Shown: piece after piece, positions 38,915 through 49,007 of the stretch | Layout of the letters: each line of letters opens with the position of its first letter | Numbering within the stretch: position 1 is the stretch's first letter | Source: Candidatus Cloacimonadales bacterium | GTDB taxonomy: Bacteria > Cloacimonadota > Cloacimonadia > Cloacimonadales > DAONDQ01 | Direction: 5' to 3' | Length of the DNA: 64,000 bases | Assembly (NCBI GenBank): GCA_963662275.1 | Contig: OY759316.1 | Location: 2,240,001-2,304,000, forward strand | The notes under the pieces: model-generated | The model's database searches: none | What the model was told of the DNA's origin: nothing | The model's input: the letters and a program-made list of their open reading frames with translations, nothing else | Program-made: the position numbers and the translations under genes

Positions 38915-39771
38915 TGTATCACTCTTCTTGGATGGAGATTACCTTGAATATTTTCTCCCAAACCAAGGAGTTGATTTGCCAAACATACCAGATACATGCC
39001 ATCAACTTCTTCCCTATTGTCCTGCACGATACCTGTTACAAACAACCTTGCCTCCGTTTCGTTCAATAGAATTTGCTTCATATCTCTTAGTATGACTTCA
39101 ATGGGTAATAAGAATTGTCGCCAATTATTACTGTCAAGCATATCTAATGTGATTGAAGAAGATTCATCTACTTCTCCCACCCTGGTGCGAGATAGATCTA
39201 TTGTGGTAGCAATGGTTCCCAGCATCTCCCCTATTGTCTCTGACAAGCTACGTATGTATGTTCCCTTACTAACTGTACAGGAATAAGTTAGATAAGGAGA
39301 TTTAAAGTCAATTATATCAATATTAAATACCCTTATAGGTCTAGATGGAATATCAGTAATCTGTTCTTTACGAGCTAATTCGTAAGCTCTTTTACCGTTT
39401 ATTTTGATGGCGGAGAAATTTGGTGGTTTCTGTTCCCTCAAACTCATAATTTTGTCTTTCATTTCACTTAATAAAGCGGAAGTGATGATAGGAATAGGAG
39501 CTTCCATTGTAATTCTACCGGTATAATCACCAGTATTTGTTTTCAGTCCCAATTGAGCAGTGGCAGTGTATGATTTAATGTCATCAGTGAACAGACTGAT
39601 GAAGCGTGTTGCTTTTCCTACACCGATAAGTAGGACACCCGTAGCAAATGGATCTAATGTTCCGGTATGTCCAATTTTTCTAATCCCCGTGATCTTTCGC
39701 AATTGATGGATCACATCAAAGGATGTTATTCCTTTTGGTTTATTAATATTTAAAAAGCCATAATCAAGCAT
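38911..39771 (-). CDS. truB: tRNA pseudouridine(55) synthase
   Basis: KPKGITS, GHTGTLDPFATG, SKGTYIRSL. Start placed at ATG 39771. Confidence 0.96.
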   Translation of the reverse strand: MLDYGFLNINKPKGITSFDVIHQLRKITGIRKIGHTGTLDPFATGVLLIGVGKATRFISLFTDDIKSYTATAQLGLKTNTGDYTGRITMEAPIPIITSALLSEMKDKIMSLREQKPPNFSAIKINGKRAYELARKEQITDIPSRPIRVFNIDIIDFKSPYLTYSCTVSKGTYIRSLSETIGEMLGTIATTIDLSRTRVGEVDESSSITLDMLDSNNWRQFLLPIEVILRDMKQILLNETEARLFVTGIVQDNREEVDGMYLVCLANQLLGLGENIQGNLHPRRVIQ

Positions 39772-39776
39772 CTTTT

Positions 39777-40742
39777 TTATACTTTCAGATGTTCTAAAAT
39801 GATCCGTTTCACTTCCGTTAATGTTCCATTTATCATACAACCGGCAGCCAGTATGTGTCCACCACCACCATACATTTCCGCAATTGTGTTCACGGGAAAA
39901 TGACTTGAGCGCAGACTGAGACGATATGAATTTTGTTCAATTTCTCGGAAATAGACAATAACTTCAACACCTTCGACTCCTTTAACCCATCGAGTAAGCT
40001 TTGTTGTAGCACTCTGATCTAAATTATTCCTGGTTAACATATCCAATGATGAATCCATAAAAAGGATCGTGCCATTTAGATGCATTTCGATAGTTGCTAA
40101 TACTTCTCCAATAAATCGCATCTCTAATGGAGGTTTATTAAAGAGAAATACCTGAGCTATTTCTGCTGGTTTTAAGCCAAACTGCATCAATTCAGCAGAA
40201 GTTTGATATGCGGTGACATCAGTATTGGAGTTAACGAAATTATCTGTATCGTTTAAAATTGTTGTATATATTGCTTTAGCATAGTATCTTTGAATTTCAC
40301 TGGGTGATTTCAATATCTCTTCATATAAACAATAATGAAGCATGATTCCAACACTGACAGCCTTTGGATCTATCCAATTAATAGAATTTGGAATTGTTTC
40401 TCTTAATTCATGATGATCCGCAACAAATATATTCCTTGCATCTTTCAATAAGGCAGAACAAACACCTAACCGAGATACTTCATGGCAGTCTAATACAATC
40501 AGGAAATCGTAGGAAAGATCATCTGAAAAAACTTTTGTGAGTGTTATAGCATCTAGATAATCATAAATATGCGGGGCTTGTTCTTCGAGAATAATATCAG
40601 TTTCAATTTTCTTCCACGCTAAAAATCTCTTCAGACATAAAGCTGCTGCAAGACCGTCTCCATCAGGATCTTTATGTGTTAAAATGCCAATACTTGTGGC
40701 AGATGCAAGGTTCTTTTGTAATTGTTTCCACCATTCAATCAT
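39777..40742 (-). CDS. nrnA: DHH family phosphoesterase (NrnA-like oligoribonuclease / PAP phosphatase)
   Basis: HKDPDGD, DHH, GGGH motifs; rbfA-nrnA-truB synteny. Confidence 0.9.
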   Translation of the reverse strand: MIEWWKQLQKNLASATSIGILTHKDPDGDGLAAALCLKRFLAWKKIETDIILEEQAPHIYDYLDAITLTKVFSDDLSYDFLIVLDCHEVSRLGVCSALLKDARNIFVADHHELRETIPNSINWIDPKAVSVGIMLHYCLYEEILKSPSEIQRYYAKAIYTTILNDTDNFVNSNTDVTAYQTSAELMQFGLKPAEIAQVFLFNKPPLEMRFIGEVLATIEMHLNGTILFMDSSLDMLTRNNLDQSATTKLTRWVKGVEGVEVIVYFREIEQNSYRLSLRSSHFPVNTIAEMYGGGGHILAAGCMINGTLTEVKRIILEHLKV

Positions 40743-40764
40743 GATAACATCCTTTCAAATTAAC

Positions 40765-40795
40765 AAAAGAGGAGTTTACAAAACGTAAACTCCTC
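40765..40795 (-). terminator. Intrinsic terminator-like hairpin after rbfA
   Basis: GAGGAGTTTAC-N5-GTAAACTCCTC (11-bp stem) followed by TTTTGTT on the minus strand. Confidence 0.65.
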
Positions 40796-40815
40796 ATGAG
40801 ATATTAAAAGACACT

Positions 40816-41289
40816 TTAATTCAGATCCTCATCTTCTTCTTCGTCAAGGTCATCATAATCTTCGAAATCATCATCAAAGAAATCTTCATCATCATCTAGA
40901 TAATCATCTAGATCATAATCTTCATCAACATCGTCATCATTGTCATAATCGTCTTTCAATGAGGCAAGTAGTTTGTCCATGTGTGCTGCCTTGTCTTCAG
41001 TATCATCATAGAGAAAGGAGATTTCTGGGATGGTTCTCATAAGTTTTGCTCCTGCTATTTCTTTTTTAATGAATCCAGAAGCTTTTGTTAGAAGCTCCAG
41101 AATTTTTTTATGCGATGCTTTGTTATTATAGTGCGAAATAAAGATTCTTGCATAATGCAAATCTTTACTGAGAGTAATCCCGGTTATTGTTATCCACTGT
41201 AACCTTGGATCTCTCATTTTAGTATTCAGAGTAATACTGATCAGCTTGATCAATTCTTTCTCCAAACGTTGTATCCTGATTGCAGACAT
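40816..41289 (-). CDS. rbfA: Ribosome-binding factor A with acidic C-terminal tail
   Basis: RDPRL, LSKDL..A.I, RTIPEISF.YD; downstream of infB. Confidence 0.95.
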   Translation of the reverse strand: MSAIRIQRLEKELIKLISITLNTKMRDPRLQWITITGITLSKDLHYARIFISHYNNKASHKKILELLTKASGFIKKEIAGAKLMRTIPEISFLYDDTEDKAAHMDKLLASLKDDYDNDDDVDEDYDLDDYLDDDEDFFDDDFEDYDDLDEEEDEDLN

Positions 41290-41344
41290 TTTACCTTTTA
41301 CCTTATTGATTTAATAAAAATCAGTTTCTTCTTATGTCAAGTGT

Positions 41345-44281
41345 TTATAGTTTCTTTTCCATTTCTTCCATGATATAAGATTCAATTGTGTCATTTTCCT
41401 TAAGATCCGTAAAGCCTTCAATGGAAATACCACAATCAGATCCTGCTTTCACTTCGCTTGCTTCATTGGCATAATGTTTCAACGAAGACATTTTACCATC
41501 ATGAATCAACACATCATTGCGATATACCCGAATTTGAGAATTACGCTGCATGATACCTTCCTTAACGAAGCAACCAGCGATTGTACCGACTTTTTTGATT
41601 CTGAATACTTGTTTGACCATTGCAGAACCTAAGAATTTCTCTTGGAAAGTCGGTTTTAGTAAACCAACCATAGCCAAGCGTACATCTTCTATAGCATTGT
41701 AGATAATCTGATATGTTTTGATCTCCACACCTTCATCTTCAGCAAGCTTTTTAGCCATTGCATTTGCTCTGACATGGAAACCTATAATTATCGCATCGGA
41801 AGCATTTGCCAAGTTTACATCTGCTTCAATGATTCCTCCAACAGATTTATGAATAATATTCACAGCTACTTCTGAAGTAGACAGCTTCTGGAATGAATCG
41901 CATAAAGCCTCAACAGAACCGTCAAAATCACCTTTTACAATGATCTTCAGTTCTGACATCTGATTTTCTTTAATACGGATGAATAGATTCTGGAGACTTG
42001 TCTTATTATGATATTTTTCTCTTTCTAAACGTATCTGTAAACGCTCCGAACTGATCTGCCGTGCAATTTTACTATCTGCGACCTGATTCAGGATATCACC
42101 TGCTTTTGGCACATCATTCAATCCATAGATTCTTGCTATATCAGAAGGGTGAAGTATTTTAATCTCCTGGAATCGTTCATTCTCTAATTTTCTTACTCTT
42201 CCATAGGTTGCACCGCAACAAACAACATCTCCTTTTGTTAAGGTTCCTTCCTGGAGGAGAATGGTAACAACGGCACCCATATGAGTATCTTTTTCTGCTT
42301 CGATCACAACACCGGAAGCAGGAACATCTTCCTTTGCTGTCAGTTCTTTCATTTCAGATGTAAGAAGAATCAATTCGAGTAAATCTGGTATCCCTTTACC
42401 GGTAACAGCAGAACATTTTGCCCAGGGAACTTCTCCACCATATTGTTCCAGATAGACTCCATTTTCCAATAATTGAGCGATGGTCTTATCGATATTAGCA
42501 TCAGGTAAATCAATCTTATTAATGGCTATAATCATGGATACGCCCGCTGCTTTAGCATGATCAATGGCTTCCTTGGTTTGAGGCATCACACCATCATTGG
42601 CAGCGACGACAATAATCGCAATATCAGTTGCATTTGCACCACGGGCACGCATTGCTGTAAAAGCTTCATGACCGGGTGTATCAAGGAACGTGATCTTATG
42701 TTTGTGATAGGTGATCTGATAAGCACCAATATGCTGGGTAATGCCACCGGATTCACCGGCAACGACATTGCTGTCTCGAATATAATCCAGGATGGAAGTC
42801 TTACCATGATCAACGTGTCCCATAATTGTTACAACAGGAGGACGGGTAACGTCTTCTGCATCCGTGTATTTTTCTGTTTCCTTTTCAATCAGATCAACCC
42901 CATATTCGTCTTCAAATTGCGCATGAAATTCAAATTCATTGCAGATCAATTCCAGGGTATCACGATCAAGACGCTGGTTTATATTCGCTAGCTGTCCCAT
43001 TTGAAAAAGCTTTCCGATGATCTCGGTAGGCTGTTTATTCATAATTTTCGCTAATTCACTTACAGAAGTGAATTCTCTAATGATTATCTCCCCAGTTTCA
43101 CTCATAACAATTTGTGATTGAGGTTCGCGAACATATTTTTTCTTTTTGTGAGACTTCGCCATCGTAGCACGAATGTTTTTTACAATTTCAGCTTCTTCTA
43201 TTTCAGTTGGTAAAGCATGTGTTGGCTTTTTCCCTTTTTTTGTGCTATTTATTTTGGCTTTTAAGTGTTTACTTTTATCTCCAAATTCTTCTACTCCTGC
43301 TTTGTTCTTTCCAAATTTCCGTGTGACAGGCACTTCTGTACCAACTCGTACAGATTTGCCTTCTGTACTATCAGTTTTTGAAGTAGGAGAAAATGACGGT
43401 TTGGGTTTGAAAGGTGTACGCACCCCAAATTTGTTCTGACCTGCTTCACCAGTTGATTGACCCTGGTATGCGTTATCTCTATATGGTGGTCGAGTGGAAG
43501 GTGGACCTGAAGGTCTACGATCACGATCATAGCCAGCACCACGTTGAGCATCACCAGGTCTATTATACTGTTGCTGGGGGCGATCTCCACCTGGTCTTGG
43601 ACCTTGTTGCTGATATCGATCACCACCCGGTCTTGGACCCTGTTGCTGATAGCGGTCTCCACCTGGTCTTGGACCCTGTTGCTGGTATCGGTCTCCACCC
43701 GGTCTTGGACCTTGGTTTGTTCCCTGTCCTTGTTGCGGAGGACGATTATACTGTTGCTGCCCGTCTGTTCTCTGACCACTCTGCTGGTATTGCCTTTCAG
43801 GTTGCCTTGGAGCTTGAGTTGGCTTATCGCCTGTTGGGCGGACAGTTCTGCCGTCTACAATACTAGCTTTTTCTTGGGCATGTGCACGTTTTTGCTGTTC
43901 TGTAGCAACATTTTCATTCGGTCTTAGCTGAGGTTGAACGACATCCGGTTTCTTTGTTTCTTTCACATGGATTTCAACTTCCTCAGTCTTTATCACTGTT
44001 TTAGGTTCTGGAACCTGATTCTCAACAAGTTTCTCGATAGCAGGTTTTGGTGGTTCCGGTACAGGTTCTTTTTTATGTTCCTGGAACGCTTTTCTGTCTA
44101 AATCTAATTTTTTAGCTGCATTTATCTGCTCATTAAACATACCGCGAATTCTGTTCGCAGTTTCATCTTCGATCTGGCTCAAATGACTTTTTACATCTAT
44201 ACCAAGATCATGTAAATGCTTCCGTAAGGCAGCAGATGATATTTTTAATTCTTTCGAAAGATCCTGAACTCTTATGGACAA
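41345..44281 (-). CDS. infB: Translation initiation factor IF-2 (TTG start)
   Basis: RPPVVTIMGHVDHGKT, DTPGHEAF, NKID; GGAGG upstream of the TTG. Confidence 0.98.
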   Translation of the reverse strand: MSIRVQDLSKELKISSAALRKHLHDLGIDVKSHLSQIEDETANRIRGMFNEQINAAKKLDLDRKAFQEHKKEPVPEPPKPAIEKLVENQVPEPKTVIKTEEVEIHVKETKKPDVVQPQLRPNENVATEQQKRAHAQEKASIVDGRTVRPTGDKPTQAPRQPERQYQQSGQRTDGQQQYNRPPQQGQGTNQGPRPGGDRYQQQGPRPGGDRYQQQGPRPGGDRYQQQGPRPGGDRPQQQYNRPGDAQRGAGYDRDRRPSGPPSTRPPYRDNAYQGQSTGEAGQNKFGVRTPFKPKPSFSPTSKTDSTEGKSVRVGTEVPVTRKFGKNKAGVEEFGDKSKHLKAKINSTKKGKKPTHALPTEIEEAEIVKNIRATMAKSHKKKKYVREPQSQIVMSETGEIIIREFTSVSELAKIMNKQPTEIIGKLFQMGQLANINQRLDRDTLELICNEFEFHAQFEDEYGVDLIEKETEKYTDAEDVTRPPVVTIMGHVDHGKTSILDYIRDSNVVAGESGGITQHIGAYQITYHKHKITFLDTPGHEAFTAMRARGANATDIAIIVVAANDGVMPQTKEAIDHAKAAGVSMIIAINKIDLPDANIDKTIAQLLENGVYLEQYGGEVPWAKCSAVTGKGIPDLLELILLTSEMKELTAKEDVPASGVVIEAEKDTHMGAVVTILLQEGTLTKGDVVCCGATYGRVRKLENERFQEIKILHPSDIARIYGLNDVPKAGDILNQVADSKIARQISSERLQIRLEREKYHNKTSLQNLFIRIKENQMSELKIIVKGDFDGSVEALCDSFQKLSTSEVAVNIIHKSVGGIIEADVNLANASDAIIIGFHVRANAMAKKLAEDEGVEIKTYQIIYNAIEDVRLAMVGLLKPTFQEKFLGSAMVKQVFRIKKVGTIAGCFVKEGIMQRNSQIRVYRNDVLIHDGKMSSLKHYANEASEVKAGSDCGISIEGFTDLKENDTIESYIMEEMEKKL
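43570..43712 (-). repeat. 36-nt tandem repeats encoding QQQGPRPGGDRY in the IF2 N-terminal linker
   Basis: About 4 copies of GPRPGGDR. Confidence 0.9.
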
Positions 44282-44298
44282 AAGGCCTCCAAATTTAC

Positions 44299-44676
44299 TT
44301 ATTCAGCCAGTAACTTCAATATACCGGCAGCAAAATTCTTATCGATAATACCGAGTATTCCGATTTCCATGGCATCAAATGCTTGACCATATAGCTTTTT
44401 ATTACCAACTTTTATCAGCTTCGACTTTATGGTCAAAAGTCTTTCCACTTTTTCGTACGAGTTTTTTGCCAGATCCTCCGCTACTATGATAAGTTTGCAT
44501 TTATGCTGATTGATTCCTCTTTCAACATTATCTATTCCGATGACTAGTTTTCCTGCTTTCCGACTCATATGCAGAAGTTGGATAAATTTCTCCAATACCT
44601 GCTCATTCGGACTAAATTTAGTCACCTCTAAGTTACTTTCCTGTTGAGTCTTTTCTTTATTTTTTTTATCAACCAT
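44299..44676 (-). CDS. L7Ae/L30e family RNA-binding protein (YlxQ-like)
   Basis: RKAGKLVIG, IIVAEDLAKNS; nusA-infB operon position. Confidence 0.85.
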   Translation of the reverse strand: MVDKKNKEKTQQESNLEVTKFSPNEQVLEKFIQLLHMSRKAGKLVIGIDNVERGINQHKCKLIIVAEDLAKNSYEKVERLLTIKSKLIKVGNKKLYGQAFDAMEIGILGIIDKNFAAGILKLLAE

Positions 44677-44876
44677 TTATCGAGATGCTCCAGACATCTT
44701 TTATCCATTTCTGAGCAAATATAAAATCCACGACCGGACATCATTTGTCGTAAATCAAAGATAACCTGCTCTTTCAATATGACAAATTTTAGAAGGGAAC
44801 TACGGTCAATCTTTTTCTTACAGATCACGCAACTGCGCTCAGGAACATGGTCTGCATGAGATGAACGATTCGGCAT
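44628..44876 (-). CDS. ylxR: YlxR / DUF448 family protein
   Basis: PERSCVIC and GRGFYIC. Confidence 0.88.
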   Translation of the reverse strand: MPNRSSHADHVPERSCVICKKKIDRSSLLKFVILKEQVIFDLRQMMSGRGFYICSEMDKRCLEHLDKWLIKKIKKRLNRKVT

Positions 44877-46111
44877 TAAAATGCCTTTGCAGCTTCCTTC
44901 AGTTTTTCGGCAGTCTTCAGTCCCAACCCTTCCAGGTTCTTTAATTCTTCTATGGAAGCATTATATATGTCTTGTACAGAAGTATATCCATGTTGCTTCA
45001 GAATTTCAGTAATTTTAGGTGTGACACCATCAAGTTCCATAATATGACTGACAATTCTTTGTTCTTCGGATATTTTTTCCTCATACTCTTCTAAAGTAAA
45101 TATATCTAATTTATAACCTGTTAATTTTGCAGCGAGTTTGACATTCTGTCCCTTTTTTCCTATCGCCAGGTTCTTATTCTTTTCAGACACTATCACCCTG
45201 GCAAATTTACCACGTTCTGATACAATGACTCTTTCAACAAGATCAGGACCAACAGCGCTGGCAATTAAATTGTCGGCGTTTTCATCAAAAGGAACAATAT
45301 CAATCTGTTCACCATGAAGCTCTTTGCGTATATGTTCCAGACGAAATCCTTTCACACCGAAACAACTGCCTGAAACATCAATGGCTTTATTATTAGAGAC
45401 GACCTCGACCTTAGTACGAATTCCCGGTTCACGTACGATTTTCTTGATTTCAATTTCACGATTCAGGATTTCGGGCACTTCTAACTCAAAGAGTTTTTTT
45501 ACGAACTCAGGATTTGTTCGAGAAAGAATCACAGTAACTCCCGAATCTTTTTTCCTGATATTAATCACATAGGCACGAATGATATCACCATTTTTATAAT
45601 ACTCATCTTCAACTTGTTCTTCCGGTGGTAGAAGTGCTTCTGTGTAACCGATATCTACTTTATAACCATTGAATTCATTAGATTTGATTCGTCCTGAGAC
45701 AATCGTATTCTTCTGCTTTTCATAATCAAAAAGGATTCTGTCTTCTTCCAGTTTTTTAAAGTTCTCTTGGATTGCTTTGCGTGCGTTTTTAATTACTTTT
45801 GGTTCAAATTCACTAATGGGCATTTCCACGACAATCGCATCACCTATTTCAATATGTCTGCCATATTCATCCCGTGCATCATGGAGTGAGATTTCTCCCA
45901 ACTTTGTGTCAGTTTCCACAACAATACGGGTGAATTTAGCCACGACCGTATTACTATCAAAATCAGCGATAATTACCAGGTCATTATCCGGTTCCAGTTT
46001 TTTTTCGATAGACTGATACAAACTAGTTTGGATAATATCTTTGATCTTAGTTTTATCTAACTGTTTGAGATTTGCTAATTCATTTAATGAGGAAAGCAAG
46101 GAAGCGCTCAT
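44876..46111 (-). CDS. nusA: Transcription termination factor NusA
   Basis: S1 and KH domains, LFELEVPEI, AIGKKGQNVKLAAKLTG, C-terminal HhH. Confidence 0.97.
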   Translation of the reverse strand: MSASLLSSLNELANLKQLDKTKIKDIIQTSLYQSIEKKLEPDNDLVIIADFDSNTVVAKFTRIVVETDTKLGEISLHDARDEYGRHIEIGDAIVVEMPISEFEPKVIKNARKAIQENFKKLEEDRILFDYEKQKNTIVSGRIKSNEFNGYKVDIGYTEALLPPEEQVEDEYYKNGDIIRAYVINIRKKDSGVTVILSRTNPEFVKKLFELEVPEILNREIEIKKIVREPGIRTKVEVVSNNKAIDVSGSCFGVKGFRLEHIRKELHGEQIDIVPFDENADNLIASAVGPDLVERVIVSERGKFARVIVSEKNKNLAIGKKGQNVKLAAKLTGYKLDIFTLEEYEEKISEEQRIVSHIMELDGVTPKITEILKQHGYTSVQDIYNASIEELKNLEGLGLKTAEKLKEAAKAF

Positions 46112-46584
46112 AGTTTCTCCTTTTTAACGCCAAAATCAAAAACTGTCCTGGCTTTTCTTATGGCTGAAAAGGCAATTTCCTGCGTTTCTTCCCCAACCTG
46201 CAATTTGACAGTATCGGGGTTCACTTCCAGGAGTATACCTTCTATTGTTAATTTCTCATTCTCCAAGTTATATTGAATCCGTACCTTTTCGTTGATTGCA
46301 CTCAGATAATGTTTTTTGAATTTCAAAGGACGCTCCAGCCCTGGTGAAGAAACTTCCAGAAAATACTTATTAGGAATCAGATCAAGTTCTTCAAGTATAT
46401 GTCCCATAGATCGATTAACTCTTGTACATTCTTCTAAAGTTACACCACCAATTTTCGTAATCTGAACTGATATCACTTCACCTTTCTGGGTCATGATATT
46501 TTCAAAATCATATATCGAAACACCCGCATCAGAACATACCTGCTTGGCAATTTCTTCTAGTTTTTCCTTCATGTCTTTTGGCAT
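46108..46584 (-). CDS. rimP: Ribosome maturation factor RimP
   Basis: YFLEVSSPGLERPL. Confidence 0.96.
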   Translation of the reverse strand: MPKDMKEKLEEIAKQVCSDAGVSIYDFENIMTQKGEVISVQITKIGGVTLEECTRVNRSMGHILEELDLIPNKYFLEVSSPGLERPLKFKKHYLSAINEKVRIQYNLENEKLTIEGILLEVNPDTVKLQVGEETQEIAFSAIRKARTVFDFGVKKEKL

Positions 46585-46605
46585 TTACTCTCTCTATCAA
46601 TAATG

Positions 46606-46670
46606 AAACCACTGTTTAGCAGTGGTTTAACGATTTTTGAATATAAAAAAACTGACATCCGCGTCAGCTT
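46606..46670 (-). terminator. Leader hairpins upstream of rimP, including a terminator-like stem with U7
   Basis: Minus strand AGCTGAC-gcggat-GTCAGTTTTTTT, then AAACCACTG-N5-CAGTGGTTT. Confidence 0.6.
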
Positions 46671-46780
46671 TCAACAATCCGTTCTCAATTTCATGACGAT
46701 AGAAAATGAGTCTGTTTATATGTCAAGGAGTTTGTGTAATTAAGGTATGTATCAGGTGATGAGACTGTTCGTAACATTTC

Positions 46781-47893
46781 TTAAGACAGATAGATAAAAG
46801 TAGGATACATATTTTTTTTACTAACTGGAAATGTAATGCGATATTCTGTACCATTTTGCGATGATATTTCCATATGCCCCTGGATTTGCTCTACAAGAGA
46901 ATTAATTAAAAAAGTACCAAAACCTGTATCATCAGAATCGGAGTGAACTGTCTTTCTACCTACACCATCATCACCTATAACAAGTTCGCCAGTATTTTCT
47001 GCAATCTTCCTAATTGAAATATGAATAGTACCTTGACGATAGCCAGGGAAAGCATATTTAAATGTATTTGATAAAATTTCATTGATAATCAGCCCTATAT
47101 ATATGAGTGAGTCTACATCAAGATGAAGTTCTTCATCAATAATTTGATATGAGATATTGGAATTTCCATTAAATGTATGAGTTATTTCGTGGATTAAATC
47201 CCCAAAATAATCAACGGATGAGATATTCGTGAAATCCACCGATTTATACAACTTATCATAAATCATCATCATGTTGAAGAGTCTTGAACTCATGTCTCTC
47301 AGTATTGATTTGCTTGTTTCATCAATCACTAAATCCTTGTGAAGTTCGACAATAGATATAATCAAGCTCATGTTGTTTTTGATCCTGTGATGAACTTCTC
47401 TTAGCATAAGCTCCTTCTCGTCTAACATTCTACGAATCTGAGCTTCAGCTTTCTTTCGGTTTTCTTGTTCCTTGGATAGATTAATAGCTAACTCGATAGC
47501 ATTTTTCAACCTACTCAAATGATCTTTGATAACATAATCCATAGCTCCCTGTTTTAATAAAGCAACCGCTGCCTCCTCCCCGATGGCACCAGAGACGCAA
47601 ATGAATGGGCAACCAGGGCAAATTCTCTTCACTTGTTCAAGAGCTTCAGAAGCATTATAGAATGGCAGGAAATAATCAGCCAGAATGATATCGTAATGCA
47701 CATTAGTAATTTGATGGATAAATTCCTTCTCATTTCGAGCGATATCGACAATGCATTTCTCTATACTCATCAGTAGATATCTTCTGATAAGCTCTGCATC
47801 ATTCTCATTATCCTCTAAATAAAGGATTTGAAGATTGTTGTTTAACACTATTGTTTTCTCCTTACATCTGTGAAACATCAGGAGGGATTTCAT
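46781..47893 (-). CDS. Receiver-domain / HisKA_2-type histidine kinase hybrid
   Basis: REC domain (LEDN, ADY, K), EVHHRIKNN, DDGVG...GFG. True start is probably a few codons downstream. Confidence 0.92.
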   Translation of the reverse strand: MKSLLMFHRCKEKTIVLNNNLQILYLEDNENDAELIRRYLLMSIEKCIVDIARNEKEFIHQITNVHYDIILADYFLPFYNASEALEQVKRICPGCPFICVSGAIGEEAAVALLKQGAMDYVIKDHLSRLKNAIELAINLSKEQENRKKAEAQIRRMLDEKELMLREVHHRIKNNMSLIISIVELHKDLVIDETSKSILRDMSSRLFNMMMIYDKLYKSVDFTNISSVDYFGDLIHEITHTFNGNSNISYQIIDEELHLDVDSLIYIGLIINEILSNTFKYAFPGYRQGTIHISIRKIAENTGELVIGDDGVGRKTVHSDSDDTGFGTFLINSLVEQIQGHMEISSQNGTEYRITFPVSKKNMYPTFIYLS

Positions 47894-48107
47894 TAATCTG
47901 ATTTGTTTTTATATCGTAAATGCTGGAAAGTTCACTTCGAATCTGATCCATATAGGATATGAAATCATATCTCAGAGACACAGCAAATAAAATGAATATA
48001 ACCATGATATTGAGTATAAAACCTTGGAAATTAATAGACATCCCACATTTTCTCATATGTCCGGTTTTATCATTGTCCTTCTTTTGATTCTCATTCTCAT
48101 TAACCAT
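47862..48107 (-). CDS. Small hypothetical membrane protein or sensor-gene fragment
   Basis: GGAGG RBS and one TM helix; overlaps the next ORF. Confidence 0.45.
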   Translation of the reverse strand: MVNENENQKKDNDKTGHMRKCGMSINFQGFILNIMVIFILFAVSLRYDFISYMDQIRSELSSIYDIKTNQINEIPPDVSQM

Positions 48108-48341
48108 TACTCCTCCATACTGTCAATGAGTCACATAAAAAATCCAATCCCAAGAAATCAATATTACGAGAAAATATAATCAATATCAATCTCACTGCAA
48201 CATAAATAGTTGAAAACTAATGCAGTATCAGCATCAGGAAATTATGATAGTTGGATTATTATGTAATAAATTAAGATATAAGCTAGTTTAAGTACTATAT
48301 TCTTTAGCAGAATAGAAATATGTGTAATCAACTCTAAAATT

Positions 48342-49007
48342 TTATGAATTCATTGCAGACACATTAGCTTTGATAAAATCTTCAAAAGAAAAGACTTCAA
48401 TTTTCTTGTATTGCTGAATTAGATCAAAGACCCTTGTTGCTTCGTTCTCTAAAGTATTCATATCTCCATCATTGTAGACAACAACATCAGCAAGTTCAGC
48501 TTTTTTTGTCTCCGACATTTGGGCATTCATTCTTTTCAATGCCTCTACCCTATCCATTCGATGTTCAGTCAGTCTCTGTAATCGATTTTCATTAGAAGAT
48601 GTAACCAGGATATTGATGTCAAAACACTTCTGTAGTCCAGTTTCAAAAAGCAGTGGAATTTCGTATCCCAATATCGGATTCATACATAAGGAGATATTTC
48701 GCTCCATTTCCCGTAAAATCATTGGGTGTACCAGTTGGTTTAAGAATTTCAATTCCTGCTGATCATTGAACACAATAGAGGCAATCTTTTCTCGGTTAAT
48801 TTTAGATAGCTCCAGGATTTGATCACCCCATCGTATCACCAAAATATCTCTGACAACCTCGTTATCTAAAACATCATGACCAATATGATCTGTATCCAAG
48901 ATAGATAATCCAAGATCTCTCAGCATCCCTGTAAATAATGTTTTACCAGTAGCGATTCCACCTGTGATCGCAAAAAGAAAAGGTCTATTTGTTTGTGGCA
49001 TCTGCAA
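48342..49007 (-). CDS. coaE: Dephospho-CoA kinase
   Basis: TGGIATGKT, HP.I, EIPLLFE. Confidence 0.94.
   Translation of the reverse strand: MQMPQTNRPFLFAITGGIATGKTLFTGMLRDLGLSILDTDHIGHDVLDNEVVRDILVIRWGDQILELSKINREKIASIVFNDQQELKFLNQLVHPMILREMERNISLCMNPILGYEIPLLFETGLQKCFDINILVTSSNENRLQRLTEHRMDRVEALKRMNAQMSETKKAELADVVVYNDGDMNTLENEATRVFDLIQQYKKIEVFSFEDFIKANVSAMNS

Noticed and set aside
43291..43927. Repetitive alternative-frame ORFs inside infB
   Set aside because: By-products of the 36-nt repeat in the IF2 linker; low-complexity IF2 N-termini are common.
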